A DNA stretch of 64,000 nucleotides from Chthoniobacterales bacterium (GCA_046262815.1 JBHELY010000011.1:1783-65782), one strand, 5' to 3'. Counted from the first letter of the stretch, positions 37,877-45,564 are shown. Program-made: numbers and translations. The notes: generated from the letters alone by a model not told the origin.

Positions 37877-38162
37877 CCCGCGCAGGGAAGATTCTTCCGC
37901 GCGTCGCCCTCATTCCCGCGCGCGTGGCGACTCTTCCGGCGTGTGTGGCGACGCTCCCACGCGCGTGGCGACTCTCGGCGCGTGCTCTGGAACCGCGTAT
38001 TTACCGGCACGAAACCGTTCCAGCGCACGCCCGGACAATTCCAGCGCGACGGCAAGGTTCTCCACGCATGTCGCGATAACTCCCACGCGCGCACCAAGGG
38101 TTCCCACGCTCGCAGCAATCATCCCCACGCACGCGGGAATCGTTCCCACGCGCAGCCCTTCT
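37877..38162. repeat. about 14 degenerate 20-21 bp tandem repeats (consensus about CCCACGCGCGnnnnnnnnnTT)
   Basis: Best-preserved units: 38082 cccacgcgcgcaccaagggtt, 38103 cccacgctcgcagcaatcat, 38123 ccccacgcacgcgggaatcgtt, 37915 cccgcgcgcgtggcgactctt, 37956 cccacgcgcgtggcgactct. Confidence 0.7.
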
Positions 38163-38319
38163 CCCGTTAAATCACGTTCCTGCTACGTTTTCCGACCTCC
38201 GGGCCTGCTCTCTGGCCTCCGAACTTTCTCCTTTAGCCTTTCGACCTTCTACTTTCCGTTTGCCGCTACCCGATCGACCATCCGGTTTATTCAATAACGG
38301 AGTCCGAATACCGACGGGT

Positions 38320-38538
38320 TTAGCGGAATTTTTCAATATCGATTCCGCTTCCTTCGATGATGCTCTTGAGTGTGCCGATAGGAATCGGCTTGCTGGCGTG
38401 AACCGCCACGACCACCTGGCGACCGTTAGCATGTCGCCACTTCTGATGGCTGCCACGCTGACCTGCGAGCGCGAATCCGTGGCGTTGTAGAATCTTGGTG
38501 ACGTCTCTCGCAGTGCGAACCGGAAATCGTCGGCTCAC
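38320..38538 (-). CDS. hicA: type II toxin HicA
   Basis: 72 aa. GSHQKWRH...IPIGTLKSII is the HicA pattern. 4-nt overlap with hicB. Confidence 0.85.
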   Translation of the reverse strand: MSRRFPVRTARDVTKILQRHGFALAGQRGSHQKWRHANGRQVVVAVHASKPIPIGTLKSIIEGSGIDIEKFR

Positions 38539-38738
38539 GGAACCGCGACTTCCAAAATCCTTGCCCCGTCGGCAAGATGCACGTCCGCCGGTTCAAACCA
38601 AAGCGCCAGCGCCTCCTTCGCGTTCGAAACCGCTTCTTCCTCTGTGTCGCCTGCGCTCGCGCACCCGGGCAATTCAGGAAACACAGCGGACCATCGCTTT
38701 GTTTGCCGATCAAACTCCACTATGACGCGCAACTTCAT
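38535..38738 (-). CDS. hicB: type II antitoxin HicB (UPF0150-type, no DNA-binding extension)
   Basis: 67 aa. FPELPGCASAGDTEEEAVSNAKEAL. Confidence 0.8.
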   Translation of the reverse strand: MKLRVIVEFDRQTKRWSAVFPELPGCASAGDTEEEAVSNAKEALALWFEPADVHLADGARILEVAVP

Positions 38739-38793
38739 GGCGGTGACTCTATCGCAAAATCAGTTGAAATGCACGATACTCCAACGCGCAGTG

Positions 38794-39519
38794 TCAGTCG
38801 GAGGTTGTAAGTTTGCGCTTCCAGAGATTTAACGTTCCAATCAGCAATTCGAAGTCCTCCTCCGACATCGGATACGGAATTCGCGCGACCATCTGACCGG
38901 TTAAAGGAACCGATACTTCAGGATGTGACGGTTGAGTTGTTAACGCTGCGCTTGTCGTCCTATCAAAAGAATCCGGTTCGGGCCGCACATGAGTTATCGA
39001 AGCGGTCTTCGCAGGCGACGAGTGCAGAGGCTGCGTCTCGGCACCGTCGCCTTTGGCATAAATTCTAGCGAATTCAACGGTCGACTTGTACACTGCGGAA
39101 GCGCGTCGCGCACCTTCTGGGGTAAACCCAATCTGAACCAGATGATTGGCTAACACGTCCTCAGAGCAATCGTGATATCCCCCTTCAAAGATCTGAGAAA
39201 ATATTTTCGGACGGAGCGCAGCTTCCTTTTTCGCCTCAGCTTCCTGCGAATCATTGAGCGGATGAATGAGCCGAATGGCCAAAGGCGACACTGAGAGACC
39301 GTTTCGATCTGAATCGACTAGTCCATAATGTTTCAACGCGGCCAATGTTCCAAGCGCGGCGCCGTTGAGGCTCGAGTATCCCAGTGGTCCCAATGCGACC
39401 TCCGCCCGAATGTTTGCTCGCCCTGCTTTCACATGCAGTTTTCGAACAAGATCGACAGCCTCATTGAGCGCGATCCGTGGGTATTTGGGACTTCGTTCCT
39501 TCTTAATGTCTTCTTCCAT
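38794..39519 (-). CDS. orphan hypothetical protein upstream of hicBA
   Basis: ORF 38794..39594; Met at 39519 preferred (MEEDIKKERSPKYPRIALNEAVDLV). AT-richer than its surroundings. No family recognised with confidence. Confidence 0.55.
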   Translation of the reverse strand: MEEDIKKERSPKYPRIALNEAVDLVRKLHVKAGRANIRAEVALGPLGYSSLNGAALGTLAALKHYGLVDSDRNGLSVSPLAIRLIHPLNDSQEAEAKKEAALRPKIFSQIFEGGYHDCSEDVLANHLVQIGFTPEGARRASAVYKSTVEFARIYAKGDGAETQPLHSSPAKTASITHVRPEPDSFDRTTSAALTTQPSHPEVSVPLTGQMVARIPYPMSEEDFELLIGTLNLWKRKLTTSD

Positions 39520-39744
39520 GGCGATAGACTTATCTCCTTCCTCACAATATTGCAACATTAATCTCCTTGACCGCAGTCTAACCCAGGAGACCAATACTAA
39601 TCTTCGGTTTATCCAGATTTTGACGCCAGGACCCGACAGTATTAACGCGACCGCACCTTTTATACGCTCCCCAAGCGCCTACATAGACAGTCATCTTGAT
39701 ATATCGCGTCTCGTTATCGCCATTCTAGTGCAGCCGTGAACATA

Positions 39745-40419
39745 ACCTGAACAGCATAGCCGGCGACAGCCGTGCCGCGCGATCCTGGCGCTCGTGACGA
39801 TGGAATAGTCGAGCAGTTCGGTTTTCGAACAGAAAAGGGCGACTTTTGAGCAACGGGTGCCGTTTCGGCGGACAGAGTTTTTGTGAGGATGCGTTTCGAT
39901 CCAATGGCCACCGAGATGTCATAATCGCGGAATCGCGACATCGTGGAGCTTTAATTGGATGTACATCTCCATTTGTCCGCTTAATAGTCGGTGTCAACGC
40001 CAAATATCGAGAAAACTTGTACTGTGTAGCATCATGAGGTGCGCGATACCTGAACAGCGTAGCCGGCGACAGTCGTGCCGCGCGATCCTGGCGCTCGTGA
40101 CGATGGAATAGTCGAGCAGTTCGGTTTGTCGAAGAGAAAAGGACAACTTTTGAGCAACGGGTGCCGTGGCAATAGACGGAGTTTTCCATGGCAGATCTGT
40201 TTCGATCGAACCGACCGCCAGAACAGGCCAATCGCGACGGCATGCGGGGGCAGGGCTGGAAATGAGTGAACATCGCCATTATGTCGATTAAGGGTTTGTT
40301 CAACGCGTAAATTCGAGAAAAATGTTGTTGCGTAGCATTTGGAAGTGCGCGATACCTGAACAGCGCAGCCGGCGACAGCCGTGCCGCGCGATCCTGGCGC
40401 TCGTGAGAGCGCCAGGATC
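39745..40419. repeat. three tandem units (periods 303 and 306 bp) with a highly conserved ~120-nt core
   Basis: ACCTGAACAGC starts at 39745, 40048 and 40354. Cores 39745-39863 and 40048-40167 differ at about 6 positions. The third copy shares 53 nt and then forms the hairpin 40390-40419. Confidence 0.85.
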
Positions 40420-40426
40420 CGAAAGA

Positions 40427-40516
40427 CACCCGTGTAGCTCAACTGGATAGAGCACCGCATAGGCGACGGGAAGCCGATGATGCGGGGATGGCTAGGTTCG
40501 AATCCCCCACGGGTGG
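40427..40516 (+). ncRNA. non-canonical tRNA-like element (possible tRNA-derived RNA or pseudogene)
   Basis: Acceptor CACCCGTG/CACGGGTG and canonical D-arm GTAGCTCAACTGGATAGAGCA. The anticodon-arm stem CCGCAT/ATGCGG has a 19-nt loop. GGTTCGAATCC box present, but the T-stem GGGGA/TCCCC encloses 14 nt. Confidence 0.45.
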
Positions 40517-40562
40517 TCTGAATTTATCCCTGATTGCCCGAGCCGCAAGGGCCGATCTGGTC

Positions 40563-40606
40563 GCCTAACGACTAGACGCGCACTCACTTAAAAGCCGTCG
40601 TTAGGC
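40563..40606. terminator. inverted pair GCCTAACGAC ... GTCGTTAGGC at the 3' end of the POT gene
   Basis: 10-bp perfect arms with a 24-nt spacer. The right arm contains the POT stop codon. No U-tract. Confidence 0.45.
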
Positions 40607-42001
40607 CTTCGCTCCGACCTCGAGCTGATGGCTGGCGACGAATTTGAAGATCACGAAGCAGAGGCCTGAGCCGAGAGCGAAGGCGCCGTGGAGGAGCCAG
40701 AAGTTGGTGGTGGGCCATTTCTCGAGGAAGCCGCCAACCCAGCCGACCATGGTATTGGCGGCGAAGAAGGCCAGATAATACAGGCCGATGATGGTGGCGT
40801 TGATCGCTTTCGGCGCGTACTTCGCGAATAACGCGAGACTGATCGGCAACAGATGCGCGAATGCGATGCTGTTGATGAAGTGGAACGCGACCGGCCAGAA
40901 GAGTCCGATTTTCTGCCCGGCGGTCTGCGTGGCCGCGGCCATGAAAAGACAGAGGGTGCCGGCAATCGAAAAAACGGAGCCGATGATGAGCTTCGTGACT
41001 TCGTCGGGCTCGCGCCGACGCTTCCCGTACCAACGATAGAAAATCGCGACAAGCGCTAGGAAGGTGACGCTGACGATGGCGTCGAGAGTAACGAGCCAGG
41101 TGGTCGGCAGTTTTTTGCCCATGAAAACGAGGTCGAACTGCTGGTCGCCCCAAACCAGGTAGGCGTTAAAGATCTGGTTGTTCGGCACGATCGCGACGGC
41201 AAGCACGGGGATAAGAAGGACGAGCGCGATGATGGCGCGCCAGTCGCGCCCGGTGAGCTTCGCGCGCGGCGCACTCGTGACGACGGCGAGGCTCGGGTCG
41301 TTGTCGCTTGCGCGAAGATATTTTTGTCCCCGCAAATAAATGCCGATGGCGAGAAGCATGCCGACGCCGGCAGCGGCGAAGCCGTAATGCCATCCGACTT
41401 TTTCGCCTAACGAGCCGACAATAAGCGGTGAGATGATGACGCCGGCGTTGATGCCGAGATAGAAAATCTGGAAGGCGTCGGCGCGGCGGAGGTCTTCGGG
41501 TTTGTAAAGCGAGCCGACCTGGCTGGCGATGTTGCCCTTGAACATGCCGCATCCGAGTACGAGGCAAAGGAGCGCAAATAGAAACGCAGTCTCGAATGCC
41601 ATCAGGAAATGGCCGGCGGCCATGGTGAACGCGCCGAGCAGAACGGTGCGGCGCCGGCCGAGAACGCGATCGGCAAGGAAACCGCCGAAGATTGGTGTGA
41701 GATAAACGGCGGCGGTGTACGTGCCGAAGATGGCGGAAGCTAGCGGTTGCCCACCGAGTCCGCTATAAAATGGCAGTTGGCGGAACGCGTCGAAGATCGC
41801 GACCCGCTCGATGCGTCCGGGCAGGAGAAGATACTTCACCATGTAAAGGACAAGCAGCGATTGCATGCCGTAGTAGGAAAAGCGTTCCCACGCTTCGGTG
41901 AACGCGAGATACCAGAGCCCGCGCGGGTGTCCGAGGAAACCGGGGGTGTGTTCTTCGCCGGTCAACGGCGCGGCGTCATCAGGCTCGGCGGTGGCGGTCA
42001 T
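40601..42001 (-). CDS. POT/PTR2 family proton-dependent oligopeptide transporter
   Basis: 466 aa. GHPRGLWYLAFTEAWERFSYYGMQSLLVLYM is the PTR2 signature. Confidence 0.9.
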   Translation of the reverse strand: MTATAEPDDAAPLTGEEHTPGFLGHPRGLWYLAFTEAWERFSYYGMQSLLVLYMVKYLLLPGRIERVAIFDAFRQLPFYSGLGGQPLASAIFGTYTAAVYLTPIFGGFLADRVLGRRRTVLLGAFTMAAGHFLMAFETAFLFALLCLVLGCGMFKGNIASQVGSLYKPEDLRRADAFQIFYLGINAGVIISPLIVGSLGEKVGWHYGFAAAGVGMLLAIGIYLRGQKYLRASDNDPSLAVVTSAPRAKLTGRDWRAIIALVLLIPVLAVAIVPNNQIFNAYLVWGDQQFDLVFMGKKLPTTWLVTLDAIVSVTFLALVAIFYRWYGKRRREPDEVTKLIIGSVFSIAGTLCLFMAAATQTAGQKIGLFWPVAFHFINSIAFAHLLPISLALFAKYAPKAINATIIGLYYLAFFAANTMVGWVGGFLEKWPTTNFWLLHGAFALGSGLCFVIFKFVASHQLEVGAKA

Positions 42002-42176
42002 GCGGCGGGCAGATTAGCGAGACGAATTGAATCAGGAAAACAGGAAAATAGGAAAGAACAGAACAATCTGGAAGCCAGGAAACCAAGAAGAAGGGAAAAG
42101 AAAATGTAATCGCATCGCGCTCTTCGTTCCTGGATTCCTGTTTTCCAAATTAGTTCCTGTTTTCTTCTTTCCTGAT
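42002..42176 (-). promoter_or_regulatory. AT-rich 175-nt spacer/leader with CAGGAA repeats and 11-bp terminal inverted repeats
   Basis: CAGGAA at 42033, 42041 and 42076. TTCCTG at 42127, 42135, 42154 and 42169. GAATCAGGAAA (42029-42039) pairs with TTTCCTGATTC (42168-42178). Confidence 0.4.
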
Positions 42177-42488
42177 TCATCTCCCGCGCCAATGCCGCAG
42201 CACGCGATGGGTCGGCGTCGCTGTCGCGTGATCGCTCTCGGTTTCGATCAATTCACGGCGGCGCAAGAGTTCGAGCGCGGACTGTATCGCGCTCTTCGAG
42301 AGGCCGGTTTCTTCGGCGAGCGAACGCAAACTCGCCGCAACCGGTTTCCACTTCGCACGCGCGGCCTTTCCGTAGAGATAGACGTAGATCAGATAGGCGG
42401 CCGGCTGGCGATCGTGACCCACGATGTCGTGCATGAGAACGTCAAGGACGTAATCGTCAATTGGAATGGTTTCGCGAAAGCGAGGCAC
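42177..42488 (-). CDS. small winged-helix/HTH-like protein, hypothetical
   Basis: 103 aa. SLRSLAEETGLSKSAIQSALELLRRRELI is HTH-like. Confidence 0.55.
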   Translation of the reverse strand: MPRFRETIPIDDYVLDVLMHDIVGHDRQPAAYLIYVYLYGKAARAKWKPVAASLRSLAEETGLSKSAIQSALELLRRRELIETESDHATATPTHRVLRHWRGR

Positions 42489-42580
42489 GGCAAGAGTGGC
42501 GGCGGTTTGTCTGTCTGTCCGGGACTGTCAACATCTCGCCGCGCGAATACTGACACGCAACAATTCGACTGTGTCAGAAA

Positions 42581-43195
42581 TCAAAGATGTTTGGCGATGC
42601 GGCGCTTCTTTTTTACGTCGGTCTCGCCGAAGAGGAATTTGATTGCATGATCAACGCTATGATACGCCAGGACGATTGGGTTATTTTCCTTCTGCACCGT
42701 CCGCTGGCGAGGGTGACCTAACGACCGACGTCTGGCTGCAATGTCATTCTTTAAGGCTCCCTCGATATCCGAACCCGCGCTGGCAAGTGCGATATCACCG
42801 TGCGCGATCAGGGCGCGTTCGAACTGAGTGGCCCGCTCATCCATGGCCCAACGGGAAGTCACAGACCGATCGAGGGACTCGCCATTTGCGCCGCGGACGT
42901 CGCCGTGATTGTCGATCACGAAGGCGGGCGTAACGCCGAGAGGTCTTCTGGCAATGCCGAGGGATATGCAGATGTCCAAATCAATAAAGCCAGTGCGCGC
43001 GAATCCCTTTCTTTCCTGATAGCGGCCGACAGCGGCGGTAAGCGGAGGGCTGATTTCACCCGTGATTTCGCCATAAAACAGATGGCGCTTGCGAAGTTCT
43101 TCCTGGACTCTGCGAACCTGGTCATTAGCAAAAACGTCGGAGAAGAGGGAGAGTTCAAATCCCAGAACCAGTAGGCAAGTTGGAAACCTACCCAT
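42581..43195 (-). CDS. peptidoglycan-binding (PG_binding_1-like) domain protein
   Basis: 204 aa. VRRVQEELRKRHLFYGEITGEISPPLTAAVGRYQERKGFARTG. Confidence 0.65.
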   Translation of the reverse strand: MGRFPTCLLVLGFELSLFSDVFANDQVRRVQEELRKRHLFYGEITGEISPPLTAAVGRYQERKGFARTGFIDLDICISLGIARRPLGVTPAFVIDNHGDVRGANGESLDRSVTSRWAMDERATQFERALIAHGDIALASAGSDIEGALKNDIAARRRSLGHPRQRTVQKENNPIVLAYHSVDHAIKFLFGETDVKKKRRIAKHL

Positions 43196-43241
43196 ATAAT
43201 ATAATTCGACGCTGATCCTCGAGACGGCTCTGCGACCGGAT

Positions 43242-43282
43242 GCCTAACGACAGCTTCCAAGATATAACCAAACTCGTTAGGC
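43242..43282. repeat. inverted pair GCCTAACGA ... TCGTTAGGC
   Basis: 9-bp perfect arms with a 23-nt AT-rich spacer, in a 355-nt intergenic region. Confidence 0.5.
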
Positions 43283-43551
43283 CTTACCAGTCAAAGGTTT
43301 AGGCATTTCAAACTATCTCGCAGATTTCGCGAGATTCTTTCCCAAGCCGCTCCGCCAGCGGACTTAGCCAAATTTCAGCGGTTCAGCAAAATTAGGCCTG
43401 GAGCGGTTCCTGGCACCGCCGATGCTCGCCGCGGCCCAACCCAGGACACGGCTCCAGGTTGGCTATACCGATAAACGGACAACGGTTTCTGCGCCCAAAC
43501 GCTGACCGTTGCTGGACGGAAAAGATTCCGAACGCTTAACGTCGGATCGCC

Positions 43552-43917
43552 ATGATCAAACAAATTAAGTTCGTCAGTATCCCAGTCGCCGATCAAAACC
43601 GGGCGCTGGATTTTTACACGGAAAAGCTCGGCTTCACCATCATCACGGATCAGCCGTTCGATGGGAAACAACGCTGGATCGAATTGCGCGTGCCGAAGGC
43701 CGAGACGAGAGTCGTGCTCTTTACCGCCGAAGGCGAGGAGAAACGGATCGGCTCGATGATGCCGATGTCGTACGCGTGCGACGACATCGACAAGACCTAC
43801 GAGGAACTAAAGGGACGCGGCGTGGAGTTCGAAGGAGCGCCGGAGAAACAGCCGTGGGGCAAATACGCGATGTTCAAGGACAGCGAAGGAAATCGCTTTG
43901 TAGTCTCAGCCGACTAG
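43552..43917 (+). CDS. VOC/glyoxalase family protein
   Basis: 121 aa. IPVADQNRALDFYTEKLGF...WGKYAMFKDSEGNRF. Confidence 0.85.
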   Translation: MIKQIKFVSIPVADQNRALDFYTEKLGFTIITDQPFDGKQRWIELRVPKAETRVVLFTAEGEEKRIGSMMPMSYACDDIDKTYEELKGRGVEFEGAPEKQPWGKYAMFKDSEGNRFVVSAD

Positions 43918-43924
43918 GAATGAT

Positions 43925-45475
43925 TTAGTTCCGCGTGCCATCGTCCAGGACCCCGGAATTCGCCGGCTGATGCGGAAAGGCGAGGAATGGGAATCCATCC
44001 TGGAGCGCAACTTCGTTGGAGTTCACGTTGTCCGAAAGCGCTGCCCGGTTGTTGATCAAAAACAACAAAGTATCGATGACGTCGTCGCCGTAGCGCCGGC
44101 CATTCGGGAAAGCCGCGGCCGCATTGGTCCCGCCGCCCGTGCCGGTATTCGCGGTGGTTAAATTCAATCGCAGTATGTCGCCGTTGGTCACGGCGATACC
44201 CGCCAGGATGTTGGTGGAGGTGTTGTCGGTTCCGAGCGCCTGAAGGGTTGCGACGATACTATTGGCGAAGCGCCCCGCGGCGTCATCCTTCGGATTAGAA
44301 GTGTTATATTCGTCTTTCCGGGTGAACGGGACGAGAGCCACGTTGACGCCTGGCACACCCATCCGATCGACTTGCGGTACGTTTTCCAAATCGTAAACCT
44401 CAAGAGTAGCGATGCCTTTTGCGCCATTCACGCCATCGACGATCGCAGTGTAAGCGGCCGCCTGGAGCGCGGCGATGATTACTGATTCCTTCGGATCCCT
44501 TGGTGCCAATCCGAGGCTTGAAATCTCCGCGGCCTGCTGGCTGTCCTGCCAGTTGTCGTTGCTCGCCAGAATCTGACCCTGACCATCGACGAGCTTGAGC
44601 GTCGGATCGGAGAGGCCGGCCAATCCAAAGGATCCGAGGCTGGGCCCGAGGGCGCGGATAATGACGCGCTTGACGGCGTTGCCGGAAACTGTTTGCCCGG
44701 CGATCAGCACTTTGTCGCCGCCCTCGATGGTCGCGCGCGCCGCGAGGTTTGCGAGCACGGTGGGCTGTCGAAACGTGGCCGCCGAAAGTCCCACCTTGTT
44801 GTTGGCCTTCGGCACCAGTCCGACGGGAATGCTTAACGAAATCGCCATGGTGTTATAGCCGGCAAAGGAATCCCGGCCGCGGGTGAGGAGCGTGTTGTTC
44901 TTCGAGCCGGCCTGGATGGAAGCGACCCAGCGCGAGAATGCCGGAATATCGAAGAAGAACGGATCATCCACCTCTCCGGCGAAGAATTTCACTCCGGACG
45001 CCGAATCGGTCGTGACCACTTGCGCCGGCGCTCCGGCATCGAGCGTTGGATTGGTTGCCGGAGCAACAAAATCAAAAATCTTGTTCGTTCCTTGGAACAT
45101 TTGCACCGTCGCGTTCTGGGCCGAGCTGGTGTTGATTCGCGGAGAAAACGTCACGTTGATGAAAGCATCAAAGACGGCGTCGCCGGTTCCTTCGATTTGA
45201 AACTGGTAGCGGACGCTGGGGTCGAAGATCGCCTGGTTAACGGCTTCGCTTGGGACGATGAACCCGCCGATGGTCATGGTGAGAATCGCCCGGGTGTTGT
45301 CGTTCGGATCCAGAAAAAAATAGAGATCGCCGATGTCGGCGATTGGATCGACAGACATTCGCGGACCATCCCTGTGGTCGGCCGCGCGCAGGTCGCCGAG
45401 GCTGAAAGAAACTGCGCTGACAACTAAGATCATCCGGAGAACTGACCGGGCTGAGGGATAGAGACGCGTCGTCAT
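43925..45475 (-). CDS. DUF4331-family exported protein with a nested ~122-aa module
   Basis: Trimmed to ATG 45475. AADHRDGP...DIGDLYFF and RMGVPGVNVALVP...KDEYN are split by an insert encoded at 44390-44755. Confidence 0.75.
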   Translation of the reverse strand: MTTRLYPSARSVLRMILVVSAVSFSLGDLRAADHRDGPRMSVDPIADIGDLYFFLDPNDNTRAILTMTIGGFIVPSEAVNQAIFDPSVRYQFQIEGTGDAVFDAFINVTFSPRINTSSAQNATVQMFQGTNKIFDFVAPATNPTLDAGAPAQVVTTDSASGVKFFAGEVDDPFFFDIPAFSRWVASIQAGSKNNTLLTRGRDSFAGYNTMAISLSIPVGLVPKANNKVGLSAATFRQPTVLANLAARATIEGGDKVLIAGQTVSGNAVKRVIIRALGPSLGSFGLAGLSDPTLKLVDGQGQILASNDNWQDSQQAAEISSLGLAPRDPKESVIIAALQAAAYTAIVDGVNGAKGIATLEVYDLENVPQVDRMGVPGVNVALVPFTRKDEYNTSNPKDDAAGRFANSIVATLQALGTDNTSTNILAGIAVTNGDILRLNLTTANTGTGGGTNAAAAFPNGRRYGDDVIDTLLFLINNRAALSDNVNSNEVALQDGFPFLAFPHQPANSGVLDDGTRN

Positions 45476-45564
45476 ATTCGTACTCCTTTCGAGGCTGCGC
45501 GCGAGAACAGCGCGATTATTGGAGGACCGACGGCAGCCAGTCAATCCAGGATTTCAATCGCGCC

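Noticed and set aside
37877-38162. Possible CRISPR array
   Set aside because: The repeats are contiguous and degenerate with no unique spacers, and there are no cas genes in the window.
37857-38297. ORFs in five frames through the 21-bp repeat array, giving heptad peptide repeats (for example GTIPACV GMIAASV GTLGARV)
   Set aside because: The openness of nearly all frames is explained by the TA-free repeat unit. No frame looks protein-like or has a plausible start context.
37877-40419. Type III toxin-antitoxin (ToxIN-like) RNA repeat arrays
   Set aside because: The known antitoxin repeats I recall (ToxI, about 36 nt) lie directly upstream of an endoribonuclease toxin gene. Here the units are 21 bp or about 305 bp, and no ToxN/AbiQ-like gene follows them.
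39725-40460. 234-aa and 142-aa minus-strand ORFs spanning the 305-bp tandem units
   Set aside because: The translations are Arg/Ser/Cys/His-rich and merely repeat with the DNA (RHERQDRAARLSPA...). Conservation is highest in a 120-nt block irrespective of frame. They were treated as non-coding.
37846-40562. Classical tRNA-targeted integrative island
   Set aside because: There is no integrase. The tRNA-like element is non-canonical, and its 3' end points away from the islet, whereas islands normally follow the 3' end of the tRNA. Only a vague similarity exists between the 21-bp units and the tRNA-like 3' end. The idea was kept only as a relic hypothesis.
40563-43282. GCCTAAC ... GTTAGGC inverted pairs as integron attC sites (RYYYAAC / GTTRRRY)
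   Set aside because: The words match the attC core and inverse-core consensus. However the pairs span only about 40 bp, there is no intI and no cassette-like ORF organisation, and single copies of the same octamer sit inside housekeeping genes across the whole window.
43411-43426. Sigma-54 promoter-like TGGCAC-N5-ATGCT upstream of the VOC gene
   Set aside because: The -12 element is ATGC rather than TTGC. It is a single occurrence about 125 nt from the start codon with no enhancer-like sites seen. Too weak to call.
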